Assembly: GCA_040756875.1 (NCBI GenBank)
Contig: JBFLYH010000002.1
Coordinates: 62,426-126,425, forward strand
Length of the DNA: 64,000 bases
Source: a candidate division FCPU426 bacterium
GTDB lineage: Bacteria > Oederibacteriota > JAAXVQ01 > JAUVAV01
Direction: 5' to 3'
In this document: positions 12,401 to 24,400 of the stretch, piece by piece
Position numbering within the stretch: the stretch's first letter is position 1
How the letters are laid out: every line of letters begins with the position of its first letter
Notes under the pieces: model-generated
Database searches by the model: none
The model's input: only the letters and a program-made list of their open reading frames with translations
Told to the model about the DNA's origin: nothing
Translations under genes and position numbers: made by a program

Positions 12401-15400
12401 CGCGCCGCCGAACACCGCCAGGCCGATCCCGGCGGCCAGGGGCGAGAGGACTCCCAGGTGGAACAGCAGCATGGGCGCCACGCGGAAAATCAGTTCCTCG
12501 CCGAAAGGCCGCAGGCCCTTGGGCACCCAGGGCAGATGCCGCTCCCAGAAGGACAGTTCCAGCTCCACGGACGCGGATTCGCCCGGCGCGCGCGGTTTGA
12601 GCGGCGTCTCCTGCACGCGGGTCTGCAGGCCATGGAAGGATTCCGTGTACAGCAAGTGGGTGAAAGCGCCCGGCATTTCCGCGGTCAGGCGTTCGGCCTG
12701 GGCCACGGTCCAGCCGGTTTCTGCCAGCGAAAACTCGAATTGCGCTTCCGCGTCCAGCAGGTAGAAGCTCAAGGGGCGGACCTCACCGGCCTGCTTCTGG
12801 TAGAGCACGAAACAGGCAAACGCCAGGCCCTGTTCGTTCTGGGTCTTGCCGGTCAGCAGGTAACCGCCTTCAGCCAGGTCCTTCCCCATGGTCCGGACGA
12901 TTTCCGCTTCCTTGCCCGGGTTCATATACATGACATTGAAGCAGGTTTTAATGTCCGCCTTGATCCCCTCGCCAAACGAGGCGACCTGCACGGAAAAACC
13001 GTTTTGGCTGGCGAAATACTGCACGGGCCTGAACACCATTTCATAGGTCTGCTGCAGTTCTAGGGACGAGGCAAAGCGCTGGTACACGTCCGAATATTCC
13101 CCGGCCAGCCCGTCCGCCGGGATGCCGCGGGGCGTATACGCCTGGATAAAGTTGCCCCGCTGGTCAAAGTAGGCGAACCAGCCCGTGGCTTTGTTGCGCA
13201 GCATGAACGCCGGCAGGAAAAGGTCGGCTCCGATCACCTGGTTGGCGGGATTGATGCTTTTGGCCAGGGCGGACAGTTCCGCCGTGGTCACAGGTTCAGG
13301 CCCGCCGATGCCGATGTCATTGATGACCGCGCCGGCCGGGCGCTCCAGCAAAGCCCGGATGCCCGGGAAACGAGCCAGGAAACCCCACACGGCCGAGAGC
13401 CGGCCGGGTTCGGTGATCAGGCGCACAGTGGCCGCCTCCCTGAATGCTTCCAGCTTGTCCTGGGCCAATTGCTGCAGGGCCGGGTCCTCCAGCCCCGGGG
13501 CCAGGACGTTCAGGGCGTGCCAGGCGGACATGACCACGCGCAGGTTCGTGTGCAGCAGGAGGTTGATCAGGGTATAGGCGTACGCCTCGCGCTCGCCGCG
13601 GCCGAGTTCCCCGCGGCGCCATTCGATCCCCACCACCCCGCGCACGATGTCCCCGGCTTCGGAACTGGCCAGCAGCGCCGGTATTTCCTCCGGGCGCGCG
13701 GCTTGGGCGCTGTCTCCGGCCACCACGGCGGTCAGTCCTTCGGGTTGGCGCAGGGAGGCGAGCGAATCCCTGGCGGGCGGCGAGCGTTCCGGCAGTCTGG
13801 CTTCGAGCTGGGGTCGCGCCACATCCGGTGCGGTTGTGACCAGCAGGGTCTCAGCCAGCAGCGCTGTAAAGGAAGCCCCCAGCTTCCCCCAAACGGTTTT
13901 TTTACTGTCAGGCGTCCCTGTTTTCGGCTCGAGGACGCCGGCTTCCGCGCCTTCCATCCCCTTGCCTTCCAAAGCCAGCACCGGCCAGTTCAAATTAGGG
14001 AACGTCCGCGCCACCCAGTTGTTGAGGCTGTGGATCAAGGACGAGGCCAGGAACCCTGCCAGGCCGCCGGTCAGGGGCAGGTTGGCCTGGCTCAGGCCGA
14101 CGCTGGCGCCGAAGTATGCCGCGCTCAAGACAAACGTCACGCCGGCCGCGGCTAGCCACTGCCGGGTGGTCCAGCCTTTGTCCCTATGCGCCACCAGGAA
14201 CGCGCCGCCGAACACCGCCAGGCCGATCCCGGCGGCCAGGGGCGAGAGGTACCCCAGGTGGAACAGCAGCATGGGCGCCACGCGGAAGATCAGTTCCTCG
14301 CCGAACGGCCGCAGGCCCTTGGGCACCCAGGGCAGATGCCGCTCCCAGAAGGACAGTTCCAGGGTGGGCGTGCCGGGCCGCTGCACGGTGGGCGGCCGGG
14401 CCAGTTGCTGGGCCGCGATTTTTTCCTGCAAGGCTTGTTTGACCGCGGACACCACGTTCAACAGCCGCGGTTCAGGTTCGTCGAGATGGAGATATCCTTT
14501 CAGCGCCTCGGCCGGCTGGAAGAGATAGGCCGGAACGGATTCAGGCCGCGTCTGCAGGTCCGAGGCCGGCACGACCACCGGCGCAATGGGCTGGTCGTCG
14601 AAGCGCAGCACCCGGCCGGCTGTGCCGTCCAGGTAGAACGTCAGGCCCGCGACCTGGGTTTCAACCACGGATTCGGATTCAAAGCGCAGGGGAAAGCTCA
14701 ATTTTCGGGCGGTAAACCCCTCCTGCTTGAGCAGGTTGCTGATTTCCTGCGCACAGGGCCCGCACAGGTTGGGATAACGCACATCCGACGTGATTTCCCG
14801 CAGGGCTCCGGGAATGGCGGCCAGCACTTTTTTAAAGCGCGTCACTTCCTCCTGTTCGGCCGGGGACAGGGTCCGGCCGGTTTCAGCCAGCACCCGCTGC
14901 AGCATAGCGTCGAAGCGTTCGGGTGTCATGCCTTCATACTCCGGATACATGCGCTCCGGCCCGCTGAAGTGCGCCATCAGCATCTTGACCGCATACCCCA
15001 GGGTGAACCTTTCGCCTTCATGCACGATGCGCCCCAGGCTGTAGCCGGATGAAGTCCGGTCCATGCGCGCGAGCTCGTTCACGAGGAATTCGCGCGCCTG
15101 CGGGGTTTGCAGGTCCAGGCGAGCCAGGGCTTCAAAGCCCTTCTGCAGCACCGGCACGTGGGGATACAGGCCGCGGAGCGGCGCTAAAATCTCTTGGATC
15201 CTGGCCATTTCCCTCTCCGCCAGCCCGGCCGGCGCCGGCGCGGCCACGGATTCAGCCTCCACCGCGTGCAGCTCAGGCAGCGCGACCTGCGCAACCTCCC
15301 GCCCCTCCTGCGCGGCCCGCAAGCCCAGGGTGATCTCGTAACCCTGCCAAGTGAGTTCCTCGGTTTCCTGGATCGTCAACCCCTGCGCCGGCAAATCGAA

Positions 15401-18400
15401 ACGGCGGTTGCCCGCGATGATGTGGACGGACTGCGGCACGATCCGGCCGTTTTCTTTCCGGTAAACCGCCAGCTGGAGGTCATACGCCTTGCCCGGCCCC
15501 CGCCAGGCGGAGAGCGAATGGCCGGTGACCAGGTAGCCGCCCTCGTTCAGGTCCTGGCCCATGCGTTCGATGATTTCGGATTCCCGGCCCGCGTAAAAAT
15601 ACAGCGTGTTGAAACAAAGCTTGACCTCCGCCGGCGCCGTTTCTCCGAAGGAGGACTGCTGGATCTCGAATCCGTATTTTTCCGCGTACGCGCGGTACGG
15701 GTCCGGCTGGAACGTAAAACCAGTTTGCGGCTTGGCGGGTTGCACGCGGAACTGCGCAAAAGCCGACCGGAAGCGCCTGGCCCAGGCCGTACTGCGCGTG
15801 GGATTGCCCTTGTCATCATAGAGGCCGAGCAAATTGCCGTCCTGTCCGAAGTAGGCGAACAAGCCGTTCGCGGCCTGGACCTGGTAGGCCGGGATTAATA
15901 CGTCGCTGCCGACCAGGCGGGTTTGCGGATTCATCCGGCGCAACCGGGTGGCCAGTTCGGCCGTGGTCACGGGCACCGGCCCGCCCAGCCCGATGTCGTT
16001 CACCACCGCGCCCCCGCGCCTGAGCAGCAGGGCCCGGATGCCCGGATGGGTGAAAAGAAAATCATGCAGCCGGGTCAGCCGGCCCTCGAACGTGGAGACC
16101 GAGAGCAGGGCGAAACGGTCGTGCTTGGCCAGTTTTTTCCGGACGGCTTTTTGCTGGGCCGGTGAAAGCCGGGGCAAAACGGCGGTCAGGGTATGGTATG
16201 CGGCCATGGCCACGCGTCCGCGGTACGGTTCCATCAGCATCAGCAGGCGTTCGGTGTATTGCGCGAGATCGGCTTCGGCGATTTCATCGGCCCGGGCTTC
16301 GATGGCGCTGATGCCCCGGATCAGCTTGAGCACGCTCGAGGAATCCAGCAGCTCGCCGATCTGCGCGGCCGGCGCGGCCACATCGGGCCTGCGGGGCAGC
16401 ACCGGGATGCGGCCCGGCTGGATTTCCATGTCCGTGCCCGCGAAGCCCGTGGCCCGCAGGTACTCGGGCAGCCCGGTTTCCAAATACCGGCCCAAGGCTT
16501 GCGTGAAGTCGCTGGCGCGGGTGAGCCGGGCGCTGACGCTGCCCCAGGCCTCCTCCAGGTAAGCCCGGCCTTCCACCGGCCCCAGGGCGTCCATCACTCC
16601 GTCGAAGATCGCGTTGTCCGGCCGTACACGGAAGGCGAAGAACACCGGGAACAAGGCGATCAAGGGCGCGAACAGGCCGCGCATCCGGCTGGTCACGGCC
16701 AGGCGCTTGGGCCCGTAGAAAGCCGAATAGTACATGACCTGCGAAAACGGCTGGCGCCGGAACGGCATGGGGAGCAGCCCGTCTCGGTCCACCAGCTTGG
16801 GCTCGGCTCCCGGTTCGTCGGGCAGGATCATGTTCTCCGGTTTGGGGTCGAACAGCACCCAATTGATGCCCGTGCGGTCGCGCAGATATTTCAGCACGGT
16901 CAGGTAGGAACGCACGGCCAGGCGCGGCACCGAACCGTTGACCGCCGGACTGGCCTCCTGCACCTGGTCCAGGGACCGGCCGTGGATGAACTCCTCGGCC
17001 ATGATGCCCTGGTCCACGAAATGGAAGCTGGGCATGTTGGGATGGCCCTGCAGCCAGAGCTGGCGGATGCGCGGCTGGAGGAGCGCGACCCAGCCGACCA
17101 GGCGCCGCGGCACTTTGAAGGCCACGTCCACCTGCCGCTGTTCGCCGTTGGCGAAAGTGACCTGCGTTTCCACGCGGTACGCCCGTTTGAACGCCCCGCC
17201 GCCGGTCGGCGTGATCTTGACGTCAGGCCCGATCCGCTGCACGCGGGCGCCCGAGGGCAGGGCCAGGCGGATGGAGCGTTCGAGCAGCCGTTTGCCTTCG
17301 ACGGCCCGCTGGATGCGTTTGCGGTCCGCGCCGGGAACATCGGCCGAAAAATCCAGCGCCAGTTCGCGGACCACGCCCGCGGGTTCAGCCGGCGCGGGCC
17401 GGGACTGCCAGCGGTAGAAGAGCAGCAGCGCCAGCACCATGACCGCGCCCAAGGCCGCGCTGCCGGCCACGGCCAGGGAAAAGAAGCCCAGGACATAGGC
17501 GGCCAGCGGCAAGGCCACGGCCAGAGTGAAGGCCCCGGCCGCCAGTAGCCACCGGCTCCAGGAAAGGGCGGGGTGCGTTTCCGCCGCCGCCGGGGCCGCG
17601 CCTTCGGCCCGCGAGCGGCGCGTGACGCGCAAACCCCGCGTCTGGCCGCCTTCCGCAGTCATAAATCCGTAGAGATGGCAATCGCCGGCCGTTGGCATGG
17701 AGACGCCGATCTGGTCCACGTTTACACCCTGCCAGGCGCTGGTGTCCACGCTGATACGGCCCACGAATCCCGCCCCCAGGTCAAAGGCGCTTTCGCCCAC
17801 TTTCTGGCCTTTGCGGTAATACACCAGGGTGAGATGCGCGGTTTCCGCGCGGTGGTTCATCACGGCCAGGCGCAGGCTGTCCCCCAGCCGGCCCGGAATG
17901 ATCCGGGCCTGCGCTTCCTGGGAACCGATGGCGTGCAACAGCAGGTTCGGGGCGCGGGCCGCGCGGGGAATGAGGCCCAGCCAGTAGGCCGGGTCGCCCC
18001 AACGCGGCGTTTTCTGCTCGTCCGCGGGCGACGCGGGCCGGGCCTGGTCGAAGAAACTGGCGAAGAGGCGGACCGCGCCGGGATGGGCCGCGAGAATTCC
18101 CGCCGGTTCGCCCGGATACAGCTGGCCGAGCATGTCCACGAAAGCGGCGTAGGCCGAGTACAGCAGCCCGCGCCCCTGCAGGCTCCGCCCCAGGCCCTGG
18201 TGTTCGATCTGGACGCGGGTGCCGGCCGCGGATTCATACCGCGTGAATTCCCAGATGAACAGCGCGCCGCCCACGCCCTGGTCGACCTCGTAGGCCCCCA
18301 CGGTCTCAATGGCCTGGGCCAGGCTGAATTTGGGCGCGATCAGGATGCGGTGCTTGAACTTGTGGCGGTCGCGCGCCTGCTCCGGGATTTCCGGGAACTG

Positions 18401-21400
18401 CATGCTCAGGTAGACCAGGGCGTCGTCCGGCACGTCCGCCAGGTCGGTCCGCAGGGCTTCGATGATCCTGCGCTTCAACTCCACGTAGGGGATGTAGTTG
18501 TCCGTGTCGAATATTTCCTGCAGCCGGATGGTGAACGGCACCAGGGGCCGGCCCCGGTTGTTCTCCCGCACCATCACGGTTTCCAGCTCGCCCAGCCAAT
18601 GCGGCGTGTCGAACAGCGTGAACCGGGCGCGGTCCTGCCGGGCCGAGAACAACCGTCCGAGGGCGATGACCAGGGCCGGCGCCAGCAGCGCCTGGGCCAG
18701 CAGGCGCGTCAGCCACCCGTTGACGAGCCGGTAGCGGACCGTGCCAGGCGTGAAGCGGTCGAGGGGCAGGCCCAGGGCCTTGAGGCCGCGCACGGCCCAG
18801 CGCCGGGCCAGGCCGTCGAACGCGAACATCACCCAGTTGCCGTCGCGCACCACCCGGCCGTGGTTGTCGTAGAACTGGCGGGTGGCGGGTACGTAGGTCC
18901 CCAGCGGCGCATTCAGCAGCCGGCTGGTGGCGTCCAGCTTCCGCCACTCCTCGAAGGCGAACACCACCTTGGAAAACTCCACCAGGAAGAAGGAGTACAG
19001 CGCCCCGAACACCAGCGGATTGGCCGTCAAAAAGCCGGCTGCCACGCTGAGCGCCAGCCACCAGGCCATGCGGCCCAGCAGCCCGCCGAGCGAGATCCGC
19101 TCGCGGGGCAGGCGCGTTTCTAGGCGGCGGTCGAACCAGGCGCTCGTGTCCGCGAACTGCCGGCGGTAGGGCTGCTGGCGGGTCTGCACGCTGAAAGCCG
19201 AGAGCGCCACCGCCACCCCGCGCCCCGGATCCTCCAGGGCGGCGTTGAGCTGGTCAATGGTCAGCCCCCGCAGGCGGGAGATCGGCAGCGTAAACCGGCC
19301 CGCGCGCTGGCTGGGCAGTTCCACGACTGTTTCCTCCACGGTCCGGTTTTGCTGGACAAAGGACAGGACCACGCGGACCGGCCGGTCGCTGCTTTGCTCG
19401 AACCGGAATTCCAGGCTGTCGCCCAGGTGAACGGCCTGCAGCCGCTGCATGGCCGGCGCTTCGGCCGTGGTCTCGGGGCCGAGTTCCACGGCCAGATCGA
19501 CGCCCTCGTCCGTCAGCACCGCGCTGCGGCTGAGGTCGTCGTTGACCGCCAGTTCCACGGGCGCGGCGATCCACAGGGGGCTGACGGAGGTCACGGCCCG
19601 GTTCGGGTCCCGGCGCAGGTTCACCAGGCCTTTGGATTCCAGGTTGGCCAGCAGCATCTCTTCCACCTGGTTCAAGCGCAGCACCACCAGGTCATACTGC
19701 CGTTGGGCGGCCAGCACGGCCTGGATGCGCTGGAGCAGGTTCTTCTCTCCCGGCGACAGCGAGCCGTCCTCCCAGCCGGCCAGCAACGCGCTCCGCGCCG
19801 CTCGGGCGGCAACCGGCAGCCCGGCTGCCGCGGCCCGGCTGGGCAGCCAGCCGCGGCCCGGCGTATATAATAATGTATCCGAAGTCAGCAGGCCCGCCAG
19901 CTGCTGGCCGGACACCGGCTGGAACAACCGGAGTTGTTCCGGAACGACGATGCCCTGCTCCAGGAGCCCGGCCCTGAGCTGCCGCTCGTATTCCTCGGCC
20001 TGCGCCTGGGACAGTTCCCGCGGATGATACCAGACGCGCAATCCCTCCAGGGCCTCGCCGGTCATCAACTGGTTCGCGGCCAGCAGGCCCGTTTCCTCGG
20101 AAATGGCCGCGATCCCCGCCAGCCGCCCGTCCTTCCCCGCCTGTTCCACCAGCTGGTCTAATAGCGTCCGGACCGGCGCGCTGCCGTTGGGCTGGAAAGC
20201 GGCCAGCTGCGCCACGCGGTCGGGCGCAGCCGCGCCCAGCAGCTGCAGGCCGTTGAGGAGCAGATGGGCGTTGAGCCAGCTCGTTTCCCGGTCCAGCAAT
20301 TGCAGCAATTCCACGGTGGCCGTTTCGAAAGCTTTCTTGGTCTGCCGGCGGCTGGCCAGGTAGGTCCAGAGCAACACGGCGTTTCCGCGGATCAGGGGAT
20401 TGCGGTTCCACAGCAGGGGCCTGATCAGCGCCGGGTTCTGCTGGTTCAGCAGGCCGTGGAAGGCCTGGAAGCGCGTGCCCGGGTCCGCGTCGCCGAGCTG
20501 CCGGATCCAGTGCAAATAGGTGTCCGACGGCAGGGTGGGAATGCTCTCCCAGAAAACCGTCAGCGGCCCGGCGACCCAGTCCAGGATGTGCGCCAGGCCT
20601 TCGGCCAGGATGCGGTTGACCAGCAGGTGCGCGAAAGTGCCGGGCCGGGTGCGCCGCAGGTCCAGGCCGAACCAGGACAGTAACTTTTGCGCCCAACGGT
20701 GGGCGTACACCTCGTGCGCCCAGACGATCCAGTGGGATTCGGGCACGCCGTTCACCGAACGCATGATGGTGCCGGTGTTGGGATTGTAGGTGGCCACCGG
20801 TGTGGCCCAGCTCCGTCCGGCCGCGGGCAGCTGGCGCCATTGCGAGAAGGTGAACAGCAGTTTCGCGGACGCCATGGTCAGATAGGGGATGGCGATGGCC
20901 AGCAGGCCGGGGAGCATCCAGGCCGCGGCCACCAGGCCCACGGCCAGCAGGAAGGACATCAGCGCGCCGGGCAGATTCAGCGGCAGCAGGCGGCGGGCCG
21001 GATCATCGGCCGGGAGCCAGCGCTTGGCGCCGGCGCGGACATAGTCCGTTTCGTAAACCGTTTCGAAAACCCGCTTCATGCCCGCGCGCAGGTCGCGAAG
21101 GGCCGGTTCCCCTTCGCGCAGCAGTTTTTCGCCCAGCCGGAGATACGCGTCCTCCAGTTCCGCCGGCGTGTAGGTCCGGGTCTCGAAATCAGTCAGCTCG
21201 CCGGTCCGCTCCACTTCATCCAGGCCCAGCAGCAGCTTCACCGCCCCCAGGTCGCCGGAAATGGCCAGGTCGAAGATGGAAGTCAGGCTGTAGGACAGGC
21301 CGTGGACGATGAACTCCGCGCCGTATGCGCTGAACTCCTTCCAGGCGGCGAACCCCAGCGTGCCCCAGCCCGAGAGCAGTTCCAGGGACAGGTCCACCGC

Positions 21401-24400
21401 GTGCTGCACTTCGTGTTCTTCGGTCACCCGCGCCAGCAGCTCGTAGATTTCCTCTTCGCTCAAGCCTTCGAATTCCCAGGCGAACAGCCGGTTCGCCAGC
21501 CCGATCACCTCTTGATTGGGCGTTTTCAGGCGGTACACGCCCTGGGTGGGAGCCGCAGGATCCAGGCGGGAATAAACGTACTGCCGTTTTTGGGAGAGCG
21601 CGGCGTACACCACCCGGGCGTCCTTGCGGATCGCGTCCTCCAACATGGCCGGATGCTTGAAATCCTCCAGCAACAAGCCCGTGAAGGGCGGCAGCAGCGC
21701 GGTGTCGATCAGGCTTTTTAAACGCCAGAATTCCAGCGCGCGGCCGGCCAGCTGGCCCCGGTCCACGCGCTGGGTGATGCTGAACGGAAACAGCATGGGC
21801 GCGGCTTCCTCGCCCGCAACGTCGGGCTTGAGGCGCATTTCCAGCAGGTAATATCCGAATTGGGCCAGCAGCCGGTTGAGGCTGGCCCGGGCCTCCATCA
21901 TCCGCGCTTCCTGCTCGGGCTGGGGATTTTCCAGGTACTCGAAGAGCACGTTGAATAACCCCGGCGCCACGCGGTGCATCTGGCGCGAGAGCTCGAACAC
22001 TTTCTGCTTGAGCCCGTCCGGGATGCGGGCCGGAGGCTCCTCGGTATGCCGCAATACGTCGGACAGTTGGGGCATGACTTCATGCATGAGCTGGTCCACG
22101 GCCGGGTGCTTGTATTTGGCGGGCTGCGGAGCCACGATCCGGCGGGCGCTGGTCTGCTGGGTCAGGGGCATGAGGCGGCGCGCGATCCACAGCCCGGCCA
22201 CCAGCAGCACGGCCAGGGGAATGGCCGCGGACAGCGAGAGGGCCCCGGCCCAGAACAGCAGGCCCAGTCCGGCCACCAGGGCAACGGACAACCCCACGGC
22301 CAGGCCCGTGCTCTGCAGGAAGAAATACAGCAGCGGCGAGCTGACGGTCAGGGTGACCGGAGCCAGGGACAAACCGGCGTGTGCGACCAGCCAGTCGTGC
22401 TGATATCCGGTGACCGACAGCACCAGATCGCGGGCTTCCGCGTGGGTGAACCCCTGGTCCTCGAGCCATTCATGGAAGAGGATGGCCGCGGCCTCCCGGT
22501 CCTGGACCCGCGCCAGGGTGCGGGCCGCCAGAAAACATTTGCCGTCCAGGTGGAAGGCGCCCAGGCGCTCCAGGTCATCGTCCGTGGCTGCCGGCCGGGT
22601 CCGCGCCTGGCGCACCATGAGATGCAATGCGCCGGGATCCGCCACGGCCTTGGCCAGACGCCGGCCCTGCGGCCGCGATTGGTATTTGCGCTGGGCTGTT
22701 TGGACGAACCCCAGCCATTCCTCCGTGATCCGAGGGCCGCGCGCCCGATCGGCTTGCTGCAGCGGCAGGGCATGCAGGGCCTGGGTCGCGAACAACGCCC
22801 CCAGGAGCTGCGCCACTTTCCGCTGGGGCAACCGGGTGAGCACGAGCAGCGCCCGGCCGGGCCGGATCATCATGTCGAGCGTCGCGGCCGCGTTGCGCAG
22901 CGCGCGCTCCAAAATCACCTCGGCCGGTTCGCCCAGAAACGCGGACGACAGGGGCAGCGCGCGCCGGGCCTGCCGGGCCAGGTGCTCCAGCACGTCCAGA
23001 GGAGAACCCAGGCCGCCGGCCAGCCAGGTCCAGGCCGCGTCCTTGGGCGCTTCGCCGAAGTATTGGTCATAGGCCGGGTCTTCGGCCAGGGCCTCACGGA
23101 ATTGGTCGGCGATCCGCATAAATTGTTCGTCCTCCGCGATCAGGCTCGCGTCCCGGACGCGCAGGAAAGCGGCGGCCATGGCAGGCGTAACTTCCGGCGT
23201 CTGCAAGTCCCGCAGCATCTGGACCGCGGCGTCACTTTCGCCGGCCGCGGCCAGGGCATAGGCTGCCACCAGCCGGCGCATGGCCGGGGTCAGCACGGAC
23301 AGCGGCAGCCGGGCCTGGTCCTGTTCGCGGCGGGCATTGGCCGCGGCCAGGGTTTGCGCGAGGCGCTGCTTGCTTTCAGCCGGCAGGTTGGCCGCGGTCC
23401 ACAGGCTGTAGGCGGGCATGGCGCTGGGCCCGCCGCTTTTAACGTAGATGACGAAGCTGAACAGCCGGCCGGCCCACTCCTGCTCGCCGAGGATGGGCGC
23501 CACATTCTGCACCGGGCCCAGGCTGATGATCCGGCCGCGCGCGTCCGCCAGGCCGTTTACCGCCACCTGGCCCTGGCCGAAATGCGTGCCTTCCAAAACC
23601 AGGCTGCGGAATCCTGGCGAATGAATCAGTTCCAGATTGCGGTTGCGTACGCTGTTGGCGTCCGGCTGGACGCCGGAGCGATCCCGGGGCGCGTAACGCA
23701 GCCCGCCGATCGCCTCCACCACGCCCAGGAGTTCAGCGCGCGTCATGGCCGCGAGCAGGGCCTCGGCGCGGAAACGCTCCAGTCCCAGGGCCTCAGCCAC
23801 CTCGTCCGCGCCCAGGGTTTCGGCGCCTTGGTCAAACAAGGCCATGACCCGGGCCTGCTGCTGCTGGCGGTGGAAGAACAGGTTGGTGTGCAGGCTGTAC
23901 GGCGAGCGGGGGCTGATGAATTCCTGCCACGTCTTTTCGGGCACGTCCGCCCAGGCTGCGCGGAAATCGCGCGCCGCCCGCTGCTTCTCCGCGGCCGTGG
24001 CGTGCTCGCGCCGCAGGAGCTCGCGTTCGATGTCGCGCCATTCCTCGGCCGTACGGATGCGCACCCGGCCTGCGTCCGCGTTTTGGCCGATGAAGGCGGC
24101 CCACACCTGGGACGCCGGCGCCTCACGGACCGTTCCCCAGACCGCCGCGGCCTCCGGGGCGGACGGGGCGGCCGAAGCCTGCTGCACGCCGGCCGCGGCC
24201 CAGGCGCCCCAGTCAAAGCCTGTTTGCGCCCCGCGGTCCGCGGCCCAAGCCGCGAAATCGCGCTGCGCGTAGTTTTCGAAAGCCAGGTCCCCGCCCCCGC
24301 GCCGGTAGGCCAGCCATTGGTCGTAAAACGCCCGTTTCGCAGGATCGGACAACACCTCGTACGCTTCGTTGACCAGTTGGAACAGCCGTCCGGCCTCGGG

